64,000 bases of DNA, taken from the NCBI GenBank assembly GCA_015680685.1, contig MNCI01001349.1:2600-66599 (forward strand). Reading direction: 5' to 3'. This DNA comes from Gnetum montanum. Taxonomy: Eukaryota > Plantae > Gnetophyta. Positions 1 through 11,426 of the stretch are shown here, piece by piece; within the stretch, counting starts at the first letter, position 1; each line of letters begins with the position of its first letter. The position numbers and the translations under genes are program-made. The notes beneath the pieces are model-generated. The model did not search any database, was not told the origin of the DNA, and was given only the letters and a program-made list of their open reading frames with translations.

Positions 1-142
1 CGCAACAGTACACACACATACTCATATTAACTACTGAGTCTATTTGGAGGTATCTGGGCCTTGGTGTTACCAGAGACCAGCAGGCACCTAAATCCTGTTC
101 GAGGACACTCGTTGGCGATCGCATCCCAAACGGTCGCCAACA
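1..142. mobile_element. Terminal part of an LTR from a younger element inserted into the integrase of Tat element A
   Basis: CpG-rich non-coding stretch ending ...GGTCGCCAACA at 142. The minus-strand integrase Zn-finger frame (LCGGHIGPR) stops exactly there, whereas element B continues through the homologous site. The rest of the element lies outside the window. Confidence 0.65.
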
Positions 143-1708
143 CCTGGGTCCTATGTGTCCTCCACATAGTCCTTCATGGACCTCACTAATGATTTTTTGT
201 GCCTCCTTACCACCAATACAAATTAATAGTATTACATTAAAGGAGCACTTACATAGGGTATTATCTCCTACGAGGACATACTATTATGCTCACTTTAGGA
301 TTGCATCCCTTTGGGTGGATGTCAAGCCGTGTGGGGGTTCTCCATGCTGTAGGTAGGCTTTCACATTAGCGTACCACTCTTGGGTGTTGGTAGTTCTTAC
401 AAAGGTCATGTGTATTGCTTGGGTAATAGGATCTATGCATTCTATTATCAAAGTAGGTAAGGTTTCAAACAAGTGTGGTGGCACATTTAATGCTAACATG
501 GCTAAGGCATCAGCTATGGTGTTCTCGCTACGTGGTACATGTTGGATGTTTATCATGATGAACTATTTCAACAAGTTTTTGGCCAAATCATAGTAAGGTT
601 GTAAGTGTGAAGCTTTACAGGCATAGACTTCAGTGATTGACAACAAGTTGAGAATCGCATTGGATTGCCAAATGTTGAATCTTTAATTGTTGGGTAGCTA
701 AGAGGCCCCTAAGGAGTCCTTCGTACTCAGCTACATTGTTCGTACAAAGGAATGTAAAGTAGTAAGCAAAAGGTTGAATGTCCTCCAAGGGAAACATAAT
801 GACAGTGATAGCACTACCACCTTGCGTGGTTGAGGTGCCGTCAAAATAAAAAATGGCCTCTAAATGCAATGGCACAAGGTTAACACTGCTAACATGTTCA
901 TCAGGGAATTCAAGTTCTATGATTGTCCAATCATCAATGGGTGAGGTGGTGAGTTGCATGGTTATGGCTTGTCCCTTCTTCGATGATTGGGTTAGATAGC
1001 GTAAGTCGAATTCTGCCGTTATTGCTTTCTATCAGGCTATTCGGCTACTTTCATATAAGTTTTTTGTGATAGCCTAAAGTACATTGATTTTGCATATAAT
1101 ATTCACTTGGCTATGGAAAAGGTAGCGTCTCCACTTTTTTAGCACAAATACGAAAGCAAGATAATTCCTCCACTTCGTTGTATTTGGCTTTGTATGCTAT
1201 TAATGTATGGCTCAAGTAATAGACTAGGATTTTAGAGCCGTCTTCTCTTTTTTGGCATAACAGTGTTGCAATAGATGTGTCCAAGGTGGCAAGGTGGATG
1301 TAGAAAGGCTTATCCCCCTGTGGTGGGTAAGTAGTTGAGAGGTGTAAAAGCTCTTTCTTCAAGTCATCGAAGGCTTGTTGACATTGGGTTGTCCACTCGA
1401 AGTTAACCCCTTTCTTTAGTAAGTGTTGCATGGGGTGTAACTTGCTAGTCAACCTTACTATAAACCTTCTAATGAACTATATTCTACCTTGCAACCCGCA
1501 CAATTCTTTCAGGTTAGTAGGGGGTGCTAGGTTAACGATGGCCTTAACTTTGTTAAGGTCCACTCGTATTCCAGCCTCTAATACTACAAACCCTAGCATG
1601 CACCCTATTTTAACGTTGAAAACACAGATGCAAGTCATGCCTATGACAACACTTGAGGACTACCTCTAGATCTATGGGATGATTGATAGCTATCTTACAC
1701 TTGACTGT
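143..1708 (-). pseudogene. Tat A pol, 3' part: RT C-terminus, degenerate RNase H, archaeal-type RNase H, start of integrase
   Basis: ORFs 1111-1452 (FEWTTQCQQAFDDLKKEL..VYYLSHTL), 630-959 (YFDGTS..TNNVAEYEGLL..CDSQLVV) and 290-556 (HVPRSENTIADALA); many stops and frameshifts. Confidence 0.92.
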
Positions 1709-2383
1709 TGATGAGACGTGGTTCACACAGGCCATGATATCACGTACGCGATATCACATACGTGATACCGTAGCCGACACGATATTGCATCCCCCGTGAT
1801 ATCACGTCCTTCCCTACGATATCACGTACACGATATCGCAGTCCGCTGCCATGTCTATAAATAAGAGGCGGCTCTCCCTTGTTTGGGGATCCCAGTTTTA
1901 GAGTAGTGAATTTTTCATCCCTCCAGAGTTAGAATTTTTCCCGTGTCTGCCCACAGTGTGGTGAATGTAATTGTACGGTGTCTTNTCACTTGGTAATCCC
2001 AGTGGCGTACCTAGGCCTATGCTTGGTAGTCCCAGTGGCAGTCATGCATGAAGTCCAAGATGTATACAGTTGATCAAGGAATCGGTTGCTTGTCACACTT
2101 AGGCTAGATTAGATTTCTTACCCTTTCCCTCTTAGCTTATATTAGTTAACATTATTTTCCACTGCCATCAGGAGTAGCATTAGAATTATAACACATCATA
2201 CACCTCATCTAGACTAAACCATATGTGACATATGTAAAACTAGTCTAGATGGGAAGACAGCGAACTGTGACCTAAGGCTAACTATCTAGGTGCCACGACT
2301 AGTCCATCTGTGGAGTTTGACCGAATCGCGTGTGCGACGCTCGTTTCGTATGGTTAAGTGTAGGGGTACCTCGCCACTCATCA
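1709..2383 (+). repeat. 5' LTR of element 1
   Basis: Highly similar to 9105-9869; GATATC/CGATATCG repeats followed by TATAAATA; contains a 1-base N gap. Confidence 0.93.
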
Positions 2384-2384
2384 T

Positions 2385-2402
2385 AGGCGCCGTTGCCGGG
2401 GA
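2385..2402 (+). promoter_or_regulatory. Primer binding site, tRNA-Asp (Athila type)
   Basis: AGGCGCCGTTGCCGGGGA, 17/18 match to TGGCGCCGTTGCCGGGGA, just after the LTR. Confidence 0.9.
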
Positions 2403-2514
2403 TGGTGCTAGTTATCTAGATTAGTTATATCATACAAGGTCGCTATAAAGAACTTAATGATATATCTTTCAGAAAATAATAATTATAAAAAGTCACATAA
2501 ATTCACACACAACA

Positions 2515-4507
2515 ATGCCTCTCCTACAAGATAATAATAACGCCACACCTAGTGAGAAAGTTGATTGGAGAACCAATGAGCTATATGACGATGAAGGTTG
2601 GAGTATACAACCTGAAGTGGGAGTTTCCTATAAGAATGAACAAAAACATCGTCATCATAATACATGAAAGCCTAACTTACCTGATGACGATGAACCCCCA
2701 CTGGCCACTACAAACTTAACGCAAATACAAGAGGCTGTTCGAATCTCACGTAGGCATCGTAAAGAGAGCCGGCTACCTAGGCTCAATTTAAATAACTTTC
2801 CTAAATTTTTAGGAGGCTATGACTTAGATCTGCATCAACATTTACTAGCCTTCTACGATGCTTGCACATGGAATAACATTGATAATAGTTGGCAAAAACT
2901 GAAGCTCTTTCCGATGACACTTGTTGACCAAGCAAAAGTATGGTATAGATCGTTAAAACAAAATTCAATACGATGCTGGTCAACAATGGTAGAGGTCTTT
3001 AACAAAAAATATCAAACATATGCAAGAGTGTTAGCCTTGAGGAAGCAAATCCAAGGATGGAAACAAGAAAAAAATGAACCCTTGGACATGGCCTTAGAAA
3101 GATATTATTCATTGTTAAACAACTACCCAGGCCATGGGTTTTCCGAGGAAAGGCTAATGTATCACATCATTGATGGGCTACATAATGAAACTAGAGAGAC
3201 CTTAGAAACATATGCCCGAGGTCAACTATACAACCTACAAACCAATCAAATCCAAGAGCTTATTAAGCAGGTAGCAAAAGAAGAAGGAGAAATAGCTATA
3301 TGGGAGAGTGTTGAAAAACATCAATGGGACCAAGATTTTAACTCAACAAAGGTCCCTCATCATAACAAGGAGAAATCAAAAAATCTCAAGGTGGAAACAT
3401 TATCTTTGCCAATACAAAAATCGTTAGAAGAAGCTGAGGCAAAGATCAATAAGATGTTGGAATGGATGAATCAAAAGTGTGGAGAATATATCAACATTAT
3501 TGGAGATAGAGTTTTGACAACCCAAGAAGCAGGGCGAAATAATAGACATTCAGAAAGAAGGAATGAAGGGACTAAGTGCTCAACTGCCAATCCTACATAT
3601 GAATGCAACATATGCCTATACAATCACCCCAAGGGTCAATGCCCCATACTATTACATCTACATGAGCATTGGGGAAACACATTACATCTAGAGTTGGTAC
3701 AGAGATAATGTGTTAGACCACAGTGGCAACAATCCCAGTCGTGGGGGAATCCACCCTTAGAATGGAGGCACCCTTCAGATTTTCTGAATCCAAATTCTTG
3801 TAACATCCAACATCCTATTTCTTCAACTGGGCCACCACACTTTATCTCACCACAACACCATTCTCCACCATACTATCAGCCCATACCTCCAACACAACCA
3901 CCACCTTGTGCACCTTTTATTCCTCTTAACTTTCAACATTCTTATCCTTTCCCTCCTTCCACAATGCCACCAACTATTCCTAAGGTGTTTGTACCACCGC
4001 AACCCGCAAGCAACACTTGTGCTACTACTACTAACAGCAGTGAAGAGCCTCCTCAATATCAAAGACATCCTTTCTTTAAACACAGCCATAGGAAGGGATA
4101 ACATAACTCTGAGGCCACTGCATCTTCCAACCCAGCACAAGTCCAACACTGTGGTGCACCCCCACCTTCGAACCCAACGCCTCATGTAACTTCATTAGGG
4201 CCACCAACTTACACTCCAACAACCACAAGGCCTAATGAACACAACCATGGGAGGCATCGGTCCAATCCTTGCATACCATCTAACGGTCCTAAACATCATA
4301 GTGGGTCAACTCGTTATCTGGGCACTACATCGTATGAAGTGCCCCACTGTGTTTATTATAAAATGTGTGAAATCCAAGATGATAAGTATGGACCAGCTTC
4401 AATATTTCCAATATGCAAGGATCCTAGTTTTCCATTTATTAATCCTAGCCATACTCAACCGATTAGTTATGGGGGATATCCCCCATTTCAATGACAAGCA
4501 GGATTAA
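2515..4507 (+). pseudogene. gag of element 1 (retrotransposon gag domain, CX2CX3HX4C knuckle, Pro-rich tail)
   Basis: ATG 2515 is in frame with ORF 2914-3708 (LVDQAKVWYRSL..FNKKY..WKQEKNEPL; CNICLYNHPKGQC); several premature stops. Confidence 0.85.
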
Positions 4508-5739
4508 TAAATATTTTTCATTTTCTTTAATTTTTCAACTTTTTGTTTTTCAATTTTTCATTTTTAAAATTTTTGTTTTACCTTTTTGTGTATTTGTATT
4601 TTCATGTTTGTGTAAGTAATCTCATCTATGAATAAAACACTCATGTGGATCATTGGTTGAGATGTGTTTTATATTATTAAGTCATGAGTGATCAATTATT
4701 TGAAACAGTGAGCCCATTACACCCCCTCATCCACTCTATAAATAAAGAGGTTCTGTTCATGGGTACAGTGACATTCTTGAACTTTCTAAAACTTAAAAAT
4801 TAAATTTATATTCATTGTACCTAGAATGAAGAAGGATGGACCAAGAGGGAATGATTAGGGTGTGACATCAAGGGGACTTGTGGATTCTCTATAGTGACAT
4901 CTGTGGGAGTTATCATGTAATATGGTTGTACTAAGATCCTTGTAGATCTAATGAAAAATGGGAGTAAGAGTAATCAAAAGGGCACTCGACAATCAAATGT
5001 TGTTCTAGGGGGTCCCACTAAAAAGACATGCACCCATGCTTGAAGGTTGGCGACTTCTCTAGATTCAGTAAAGTGAAAAAGAGAAAAAAAAAAGAGAAGA
5101 GAAAAAGAAAAAGGAAGTGCCATAAAACAAAAATCACTCCTCCCTTGTACTAAATGCCAAGTGATCATACACCTTGTTGTTATGGTACTCTCATAGTTGT
5201 TCATCATGGGATGAAACAATGCAATGTTACTGTTTAGAGGAACGGACTTGGTCTTGATCTTGGAATGATGGGTTAATGACATGTTAATCATGCTTTACAC
5301 GCAGGATTCATTGTGCCCTAGGTCAGTTACCTCATGTCCCAATCTCTACAATCCCTTTCTATATTTCGTCTCATCTCANNNNNNNNNNNNNNNNNNNNNN
5401 NNNNNNNNNNNNNNNNNNNNNNNNNNNNNNNNNNNNNNNNNNNNNNNNNNNNNNNNNNNNNNNNNNNNNNNNNNNNNNNNNNNNNNNNNNNNNNNNNNNN
5501 NNNNNNNNNNNNNNNNNNNNNNNNNNNNNNNNNNNNNNNNNNNNNNNNNNNNNNNNNNNNNNNNNNGCCAAAGTTTTAATTGTTAAATTCACATCCTTAT
5601 CATTCAAAGTGCCTCTCGAATTCATGTAATTACCCTTGAATATATTAATCCTTGTCAATGTCCTCACTTTACACATTAATTTCAAGAAAAATCATTAAAA
5701 ATTCAATCTCTTTCAAGTGTCTCACTACTATTTGGACGA

Positions 5740-5826
5740 GATATCACGTACGCAATATCGTGTCCCATGAGATATCACGTACGCAATGTATCGTCCGCGA
5801 TATCGTGTCCCCATTTCCTATAAATA
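5740..5826 (+). promoter_or_regulatory. Internal promoter built from LTR-U3-type GATATC repeats plus TATA box
   Basis: GATATCACGTACGCAATATCG-type units as in the LTR U3; TATAAATA at 5819-5826; the downstream sequence is not LTR. Confidence 0.7.
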
Positions 5827-6293
5827 GGAACCCCCGCCGCAACACTTAGCTTCATTTGGCATTTACACGGGGGGAAGTTTTTGAATTTTTTCTCTGCGAC
5901 TTGCGCTTGAGTGGCCATTGCTTTTTCAACTATATCTCATGCGCTGGTACTCCGATTTGAATTCTGTTTGAACCTGCTTGAACCCGGAGTGTTCAGTTTA
6001 GTTGTGGGGGAGAGACACTTGCTGAAAAGTGCCTAAATTTTTTGAAATTTGTCATCACCCAAAGGACATCAATTAGGGTAATTAATACTAACACTTAGAC
6101 AAATTGTGCCAACAATCATATGAACTTAAGTATATTGGGAGATTAAAATGAAATTTCACCTAAGTCATGGGACCCATTATCATACTTTTCTTGCATGATC
6201 ACACAATAACATACGATCTTCAATTAAGGCAAGTAGTAAGGTATAACTTGATTTCCTAAACAACCTTACTAATGTTGGCCCGTGTGATTGCAG

Positions 6294-8933
6294 ATGGCCC
6301 CGAAACGCTCCCAACAGAAGAGTCTGACCCAAGGTGGAGCAAAACAACCTAGGAGAGTACGAAGGCAAGTCCCTGCCAGACAACATAATGAATAGGAGGT
6401 GCATTCATTTAGCATCCATCAACAAGAACCTCCTACCAGATGATCTAGGCAAGCAGAAGGAGGAGCTGCTACACCTGAACTGGGACAACAACTCACGTTG
6501 CCCCCGGAATGTATTTAGGCTATCCACACAAAGTCCACAATCACTTCAGTGATTGTGGAACTCAACTTTGAATCTTTTGCAGAGTTCGCTCCTGAGGCTG
6601 TTAGGGATCATCTCAAAGGGTCTCCCTTATGGCCTTTCCTCTCTAAACAAGGTGCCTGGTACTTAGGAGAAACGTACCTATTTTGGCACAATAAGGAGCA
6701 AGGCACCACGGTAAACATTGATGGTGTGACAGTGGATTTTTCTGCACAGGCGATTTCAGAAGTGTTAAACCTTCCGAATTTAGGCCCCTACATTGCTTGA
6801 TTATCCACCCGATCAGACCCTGATGTGCGAAAGGATTGGCTAGAAAAGGTTTATGGCAGAGATAAAGCTTTTGGTGAGCTGACCACAGAAGAGAAAGTTT
6901 ATGTTAAAATTGGAACCTATCACCTCTTCCCCACAAAAGGTTTAAAAAGAATATCAACGTACATGGCAAGAGGATGTGTAGTGTTGATGGAAAAGGTTAA
7001 CACTAACCTTCCTCATCTATATTTAACGGAGATCCTACGACGATTCGAAGAATGGAAGACAGGGAAAATGGCACTCCCTTTTCCCTGCCTTATCAGAAAA
7101 CTATGCCGTCGGGCAGGTATTCAGGGATATACAAATGACGTCCTCCGAAAGGCCCAAAATGCTTCTTATGCTGAATTGTTAAAGGCGCCAGCTCCAAGAA
7201 AGAGCACTGGCGAAGAGCTAGGACCTAATGAAGAAGATGAAGAATAGATGACTGGATCCCCTGCAACTCAACTTGCAAGACCCAGTCAACCTCCAGCCAT
7301 AAGTCCCAGCCAACAACAGGAAGCAGGACCTGGTACAGGCCAGGATCAACCACCACCGCAAGACTAAGACCGTCGATGGACCATTTAAGGGCCATTGCTA
7401 AGACGGTTAGTTGGGGAAGTCATGATGATGCCAATCTCTTCTGTGTCATCGATGATGCCAACCAGCATACAATTTTAGTAGATCGCACAAGGGGTGAGTT
7501 GTCACTGCAGATAGGAGGAGGGGAAAGCAAATGGTCACAACAGATTTCTGGACATGCAACATCTTTTCAAGTGCAATTAGAGACTAGTGAAGGGGCCACG
7601 GTGGTGGTCATGCAACACCAGGATGCCACGGGAGTGGCTGAAGTGGTCATAGACCACATCAAAAAGTCCTTTAATGTACCTATTTAACCACCGACAGATC
7701 TCTCAAGAGCACAGGATGCTCAAACTATCATCGGGACCTCAATGAATCCTGCAGAACATAAGGATGTATTGGACAGATTGCTTCAAACAAGGCAAGTTTT
7801 AATGTCCCTGTTTGACATCCCTCAGGATGTAACCGCAATACAGTCAGACCTCATTTCGACAAAGGGGAAGCTGGTCATATCCGAAGTAAGGGCTGAGCAT
7901 GTTGAAGCTGAAGTGCAAAAATTACAAGAACAGCTCATCACCTTGCAAGTAGCACAGCGGGATCCTTTGCGATTGGTTCCCGTAGACCAGCTAGATAATT
8001 TTAAAAAGGAGCAACTAACAAAATAAATTGCAGAAAATAAGAAGGTGGCAAAAGAAAAGGAGACAGCCACTTGGGATGCCTCCGTAGCAAAGGCGCAAAC
8101 TTATGCACATCTTACGGCACTCAAGGCCTTGCAAGAAGAGAATAAGCAGTTGGTTGCAGATAACCTTCGGTTGACTTCTGTGGAGAAGCAAAAGAATGTT
8201 CTCGATGAGCACTTTCATCGGCTGCGAGAACAATTCATTCAAGTCAACCAAGATGTAGGTCGTTTAGCTAGAGAAAATCGAACCCTCTCAATGGAGGAGG
8301 TACGCNNNNNNNNNNNNNNNNNNNNNNNNNNNNNNNNNNNNNNNNNNNNNNNNNNNNNNNNNNNNNNNNNNNNNNNNNNNNNNNNNNNNGGACCTGCAGA
8401 TCCAAGACTTAACTGAATACATGGAGTTGGCAAACCTTCGATATGCCAACCTGGCCATGTTAATAGCAAGATGCCTGAGGTCAAAGCTTGAGTAGCAGGT
8501 AGCTTCCACCCATATTAAATATGAAGCAAAATTTGTAGAACGAAAGAAGTTGGCTGAAAAACTAGAGGTTGCAAATTCTGAACTCACGGTGGTAAAAGAA
8601 AGCTACCAAGAATAGAAAGATGTGGCAATCGACTTGGTTTGACGGCTAACAGAACTTCACGAATACAAAGATAGAGCCAGAGCCTACGAAGAGGAATGAC
8701 GGGTGTTTGCGGCATGGTACATCAAAGCTAATCAGATGTTCCCGCAACTACCCTATCCATGGGAGGTGCCGACTCCATCAAACATCGGAGCATCAGCATC
8801 GACGGCACAAGACCCTCAGACCGAAGAGGAGACGCTCCAGGCTATTCTTCAGCGTCATCAACCTTCAAAGCTCGGAGTATGTGACAAAGGGAAAGCACCC
8901 ATGGAGGAGCCACTGCCACCAGGAACTACATGA
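6294..8933 (+). pseudogene. Env-like extra gene of element 1: putative plant transposon protein (Transposase_32-like) domain, a beta-rich domain and a long coiled coil; preceded by a 5'UTR intron 6078-6293
   Basis: TACTAAT branch point (6267) and TGCAG|ATG (MAPKRSQQ..). In frame with ORFs 6549 and 6825 (VNIDGVTVDFSAQAISEVLNLP; LPFPCLIRKLCRRAGI). ORFs 7376, 7742 and 8045 share a second frame with heptad-rich sequence. Most stops are C>T type. Confidence 0.75.
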
Positions 8934-9091
8934 GTTCCACATTTTTGTAGTTGTAGCATTTTTTCTCTGTGTTGTGTTTTCCCACATTGCGGCATTAGTC
9001 CATTTCTTTTTCTAGTCAATAATCCCATACCTATCCACTGTGTAATCACTGAAGCTTGTTCTCCTTGTAAGTCGGGGATGAGTTTTTATTT

Positions 9092-9104
9092 AGTCGTGGG
9101 GGTA
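9092..9104 (+). promoter_or_regulatory. Polypurine tract of element 1
   Basis: AGTCGTGGGGGTA directly before the 3' LTR; the same motif precedes the 3' LTR of element 2. Confidence 0.8.
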
Positions 9105-9869
9105 TAATGAGACGTGGTTCGCACAGGCTTTGATATCACGTACGCGATATCGCAGCCGACGCGATATCGCATCCCCTGCGATATCACGTACGCGATATTG
9201 CGTCCTTCCCTATGATATCGGGTATGCGATATCGCAGTCCGCCGCCATGTCTATAAATAAGAGGCGGCTCTCCCTTGTTTGGGAATCCCAATTTTAGAGT
9301 AGCGAAGCTTTGGCAGTTTGATCCCTCCAAAGTTAGAATTTTTCCCATGTCTGCCCACAGTGTGGTGAATGTAATTGTACGATGTCTTTATTCGAGTGTG
9401 TCGTACTTGGACATGCACATGANNNNNNNNNNNNNNNNNNNNNNNNNNNNNNNNNNNNNNNNNNNNNNNNNNNNNNNNNNNNNNNNNNNNNNGTACCTAG
9501 GCCTATGCTTGGTAGTCCCAGTGGTAGTCGTGCACGAAGTCCAAGATGTGTACGGTTGATCAAGGAATCAGTTGCTCGTCGCACTTAGGCTAGATTAGAT
9601 TTCTTACCCTTTCCCTCTTAGCTTATATTAGTTAACATTATTTTCCACTGCCATCAGGAGTAGCATTAGAACTAGAACACATCATACACCTCATCTAGAC
9701 TAAACCATACATGACATATGTAAAACTAGTCTAGATGGGAAGACAACGAACTGTGACCTAAGGCTAACTATCTAGGTGCCACGACTAGTCCATCTGTGGA
9801 GTTTGACCAGATCGTGTGTGCGACGCTCGTTTCGTATGGTTGAGTGTAGGGGTACCTCGCCACTCATCA
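9105..9869 (+). repeat. 3' LTR of element 1
   Basis: TAATGAGACG (TG>TA)...CTCATCA, direct repeat of 1709-2383. Confidence 0.93.
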
Positions 9870-10749
9870 ACTGTTATGTCATCCACATAATCGTTGAGTC
9901 TCTCTAAGAGGTAGTCGCTAAATATCTAGGTCATGGCTCGTTGATAGGTTGCTTCAGAATTCTTTAAACCAAAGGGCATCATAGTGTAACAAAACATTCC
10001 CCAAGGGTTCATAAACGTAGTTGTCAACTAATGCTCTAGATTGATGTGAATTTGATTGTAACCAAAGAACCCATCCATAAAGGACAATAAAGAATGACCA
10101 ATCGTAGTGTCAATAAGTTGGTCGATACTTGGCAACGGGAATTCATATTTAATCATTGCTTTGTTTAGATCTCAGAAGTTTATACAGATTCGTATACCTC
10201 CCATTTTCTTAGAGACTATAACGATGTTTGATATCCATTCTGAGTAATCAACCATGCAAATGAATCCTGCTTGGTATAGCTTAGTGATTTCATCATGTAT
10301 GGCTAGTGCAATTTCTGGTTTAATTTTTTAAGCCTTTTGTTTAACCAGTTTGACACATGGGTCCAATACAATGTTATGTTGTATTAGTCGTGGGTCTAAG
10401 CTCGGCATGTCATTGTAGGACCATGCGAATACTTTAATGTTGTCTTGAAGGACTCTAGATACATCCTTTTGCATTTGTTGATCTAGGAGGGAACTTAGTT
10501 TTAGTGTCTTTACTTCCCCCTGGATGTCTTTACTGGTACTTCAATGAGAGGGTCCTTGCTCACATCCCTAGCCTCTAAGTCTAAGGCTTGAACCAAATGT
10601 TTGAGCCAATCTAGGGACATTTCCAAGGATGCTACAGTGTTATCAGTAGATGAATCTCAGTCTATCGACTCTAAGTTCAGATATCTTGCAAGCTTGCCAT
10701 GAGGACCTATCAAGGTTAAAAGTGAGTGTAGATCACGTTGCATGGTCAT
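9870..10749 (-). pseudogene. Tat A pol, 5' part (own ATG at 10749, N-terminal leader, RT to YVDD)
   Basis: MTMQRDLHSLL..KTLKLSSLL..FAWSY..YTMMPFGLKN..YVDD; homologous to element B from 61003 onward. Confidence 0.88.
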
Positions 10750-10880
10750 CTTGTTCAACCTACCACAGTATGAAAAATCCCATTCAAGTAATACTTGTTT
10801 GTAGAAATAACGCGTAATAAATATTTGCAAAGCAATAATGAAAGATGGAATGATCATCAAATATCTAGTGAAGTTTGCAA

Positions 10881-11280
10881 GTTACTAGTTTAAGGTCTTG
10901 GTGGACCGTGAGTGGGTTTGAACATGCAAGAGACATTAAATTTTCCAGTTTAAGGTCATGGTGGACCGTAACATTACAAAATCTAGTCTAAAATACAAAA
11001 TGGATGCTAAAGTTGCTAGTTTAAGGTCATGGTGGACTGTTAACGGGTGGAGTTCAAAAACTAAGTTTACTAGTTTAAGGTCTTTGGGGACTGTTAATAG
11101 GTTGTAAGGGTAAGGCTACTAGTTTAAGGTCTTTGTGGACCATGAGTGGGTTGGTGGATAAAGTTACTAGTTTAAGGTCTTTGCAGACCGTTAACAGGTT
11201 TTGTAGATAAGGTTACTAGTTTAAGGTCTTTGCAAATGGTGAACATGTGGGCTTTGTAGAGGTAGGTTGCTAATTTAAGG
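10881..11280 (-). repeat. Array of about 8 dyad motifs upstream of the pol ATG (element A)
   Basis: Plus-strand unit GTTACTAGTTTAAGGTC-N6-GACCGT with variable spacers of roughly 20-40 bp. Confidence 0.9.
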
Positions 11281-11426
11281 CAGGATGAATTTTTTGATTG
11301 GGCCCACCTATTTGTAAATAAGAATGCTACGTTATCATAGGTTTATGATACAAAAGTACTATGCTATATGGGGCATCCCACATTACTTGGGATGCAAAAA
11401 TGGCAAGCTCTTTTCACCGTGTTGGC

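Larger units (their letters stand above)
1709..9869 (+). mobile_element. Athila-like LTR element 1, non-autonomous (gag + env-like gene; no PR/RT/INT seen)
   Basis: LTRs TGATGAG...CTCATCA; TSD ACTGT at 1704-1708 and 9870-9874; tRNA-Asp PBS; PPT. It splits the RT of element A just after the YVDD motif. Confidence 0.93.

Noticed and set aside
630-959. Dual RNase H as a novelty
   Set aside because: RT-RH-aRH-INT order is established for Ogre/Retand-type Tat elements.
5281-5685. ORFs spanning N runs (also near 8300 and 9430)
   Set aside because: Artefacts of assembly gaps.
10881-11280. CRISPR-like repeat-spacer appearance
   Set aside because: Eukaryotic retroelement context, no cas genes, degenerate repeats, and spacers that are uneven and partly related to each other.
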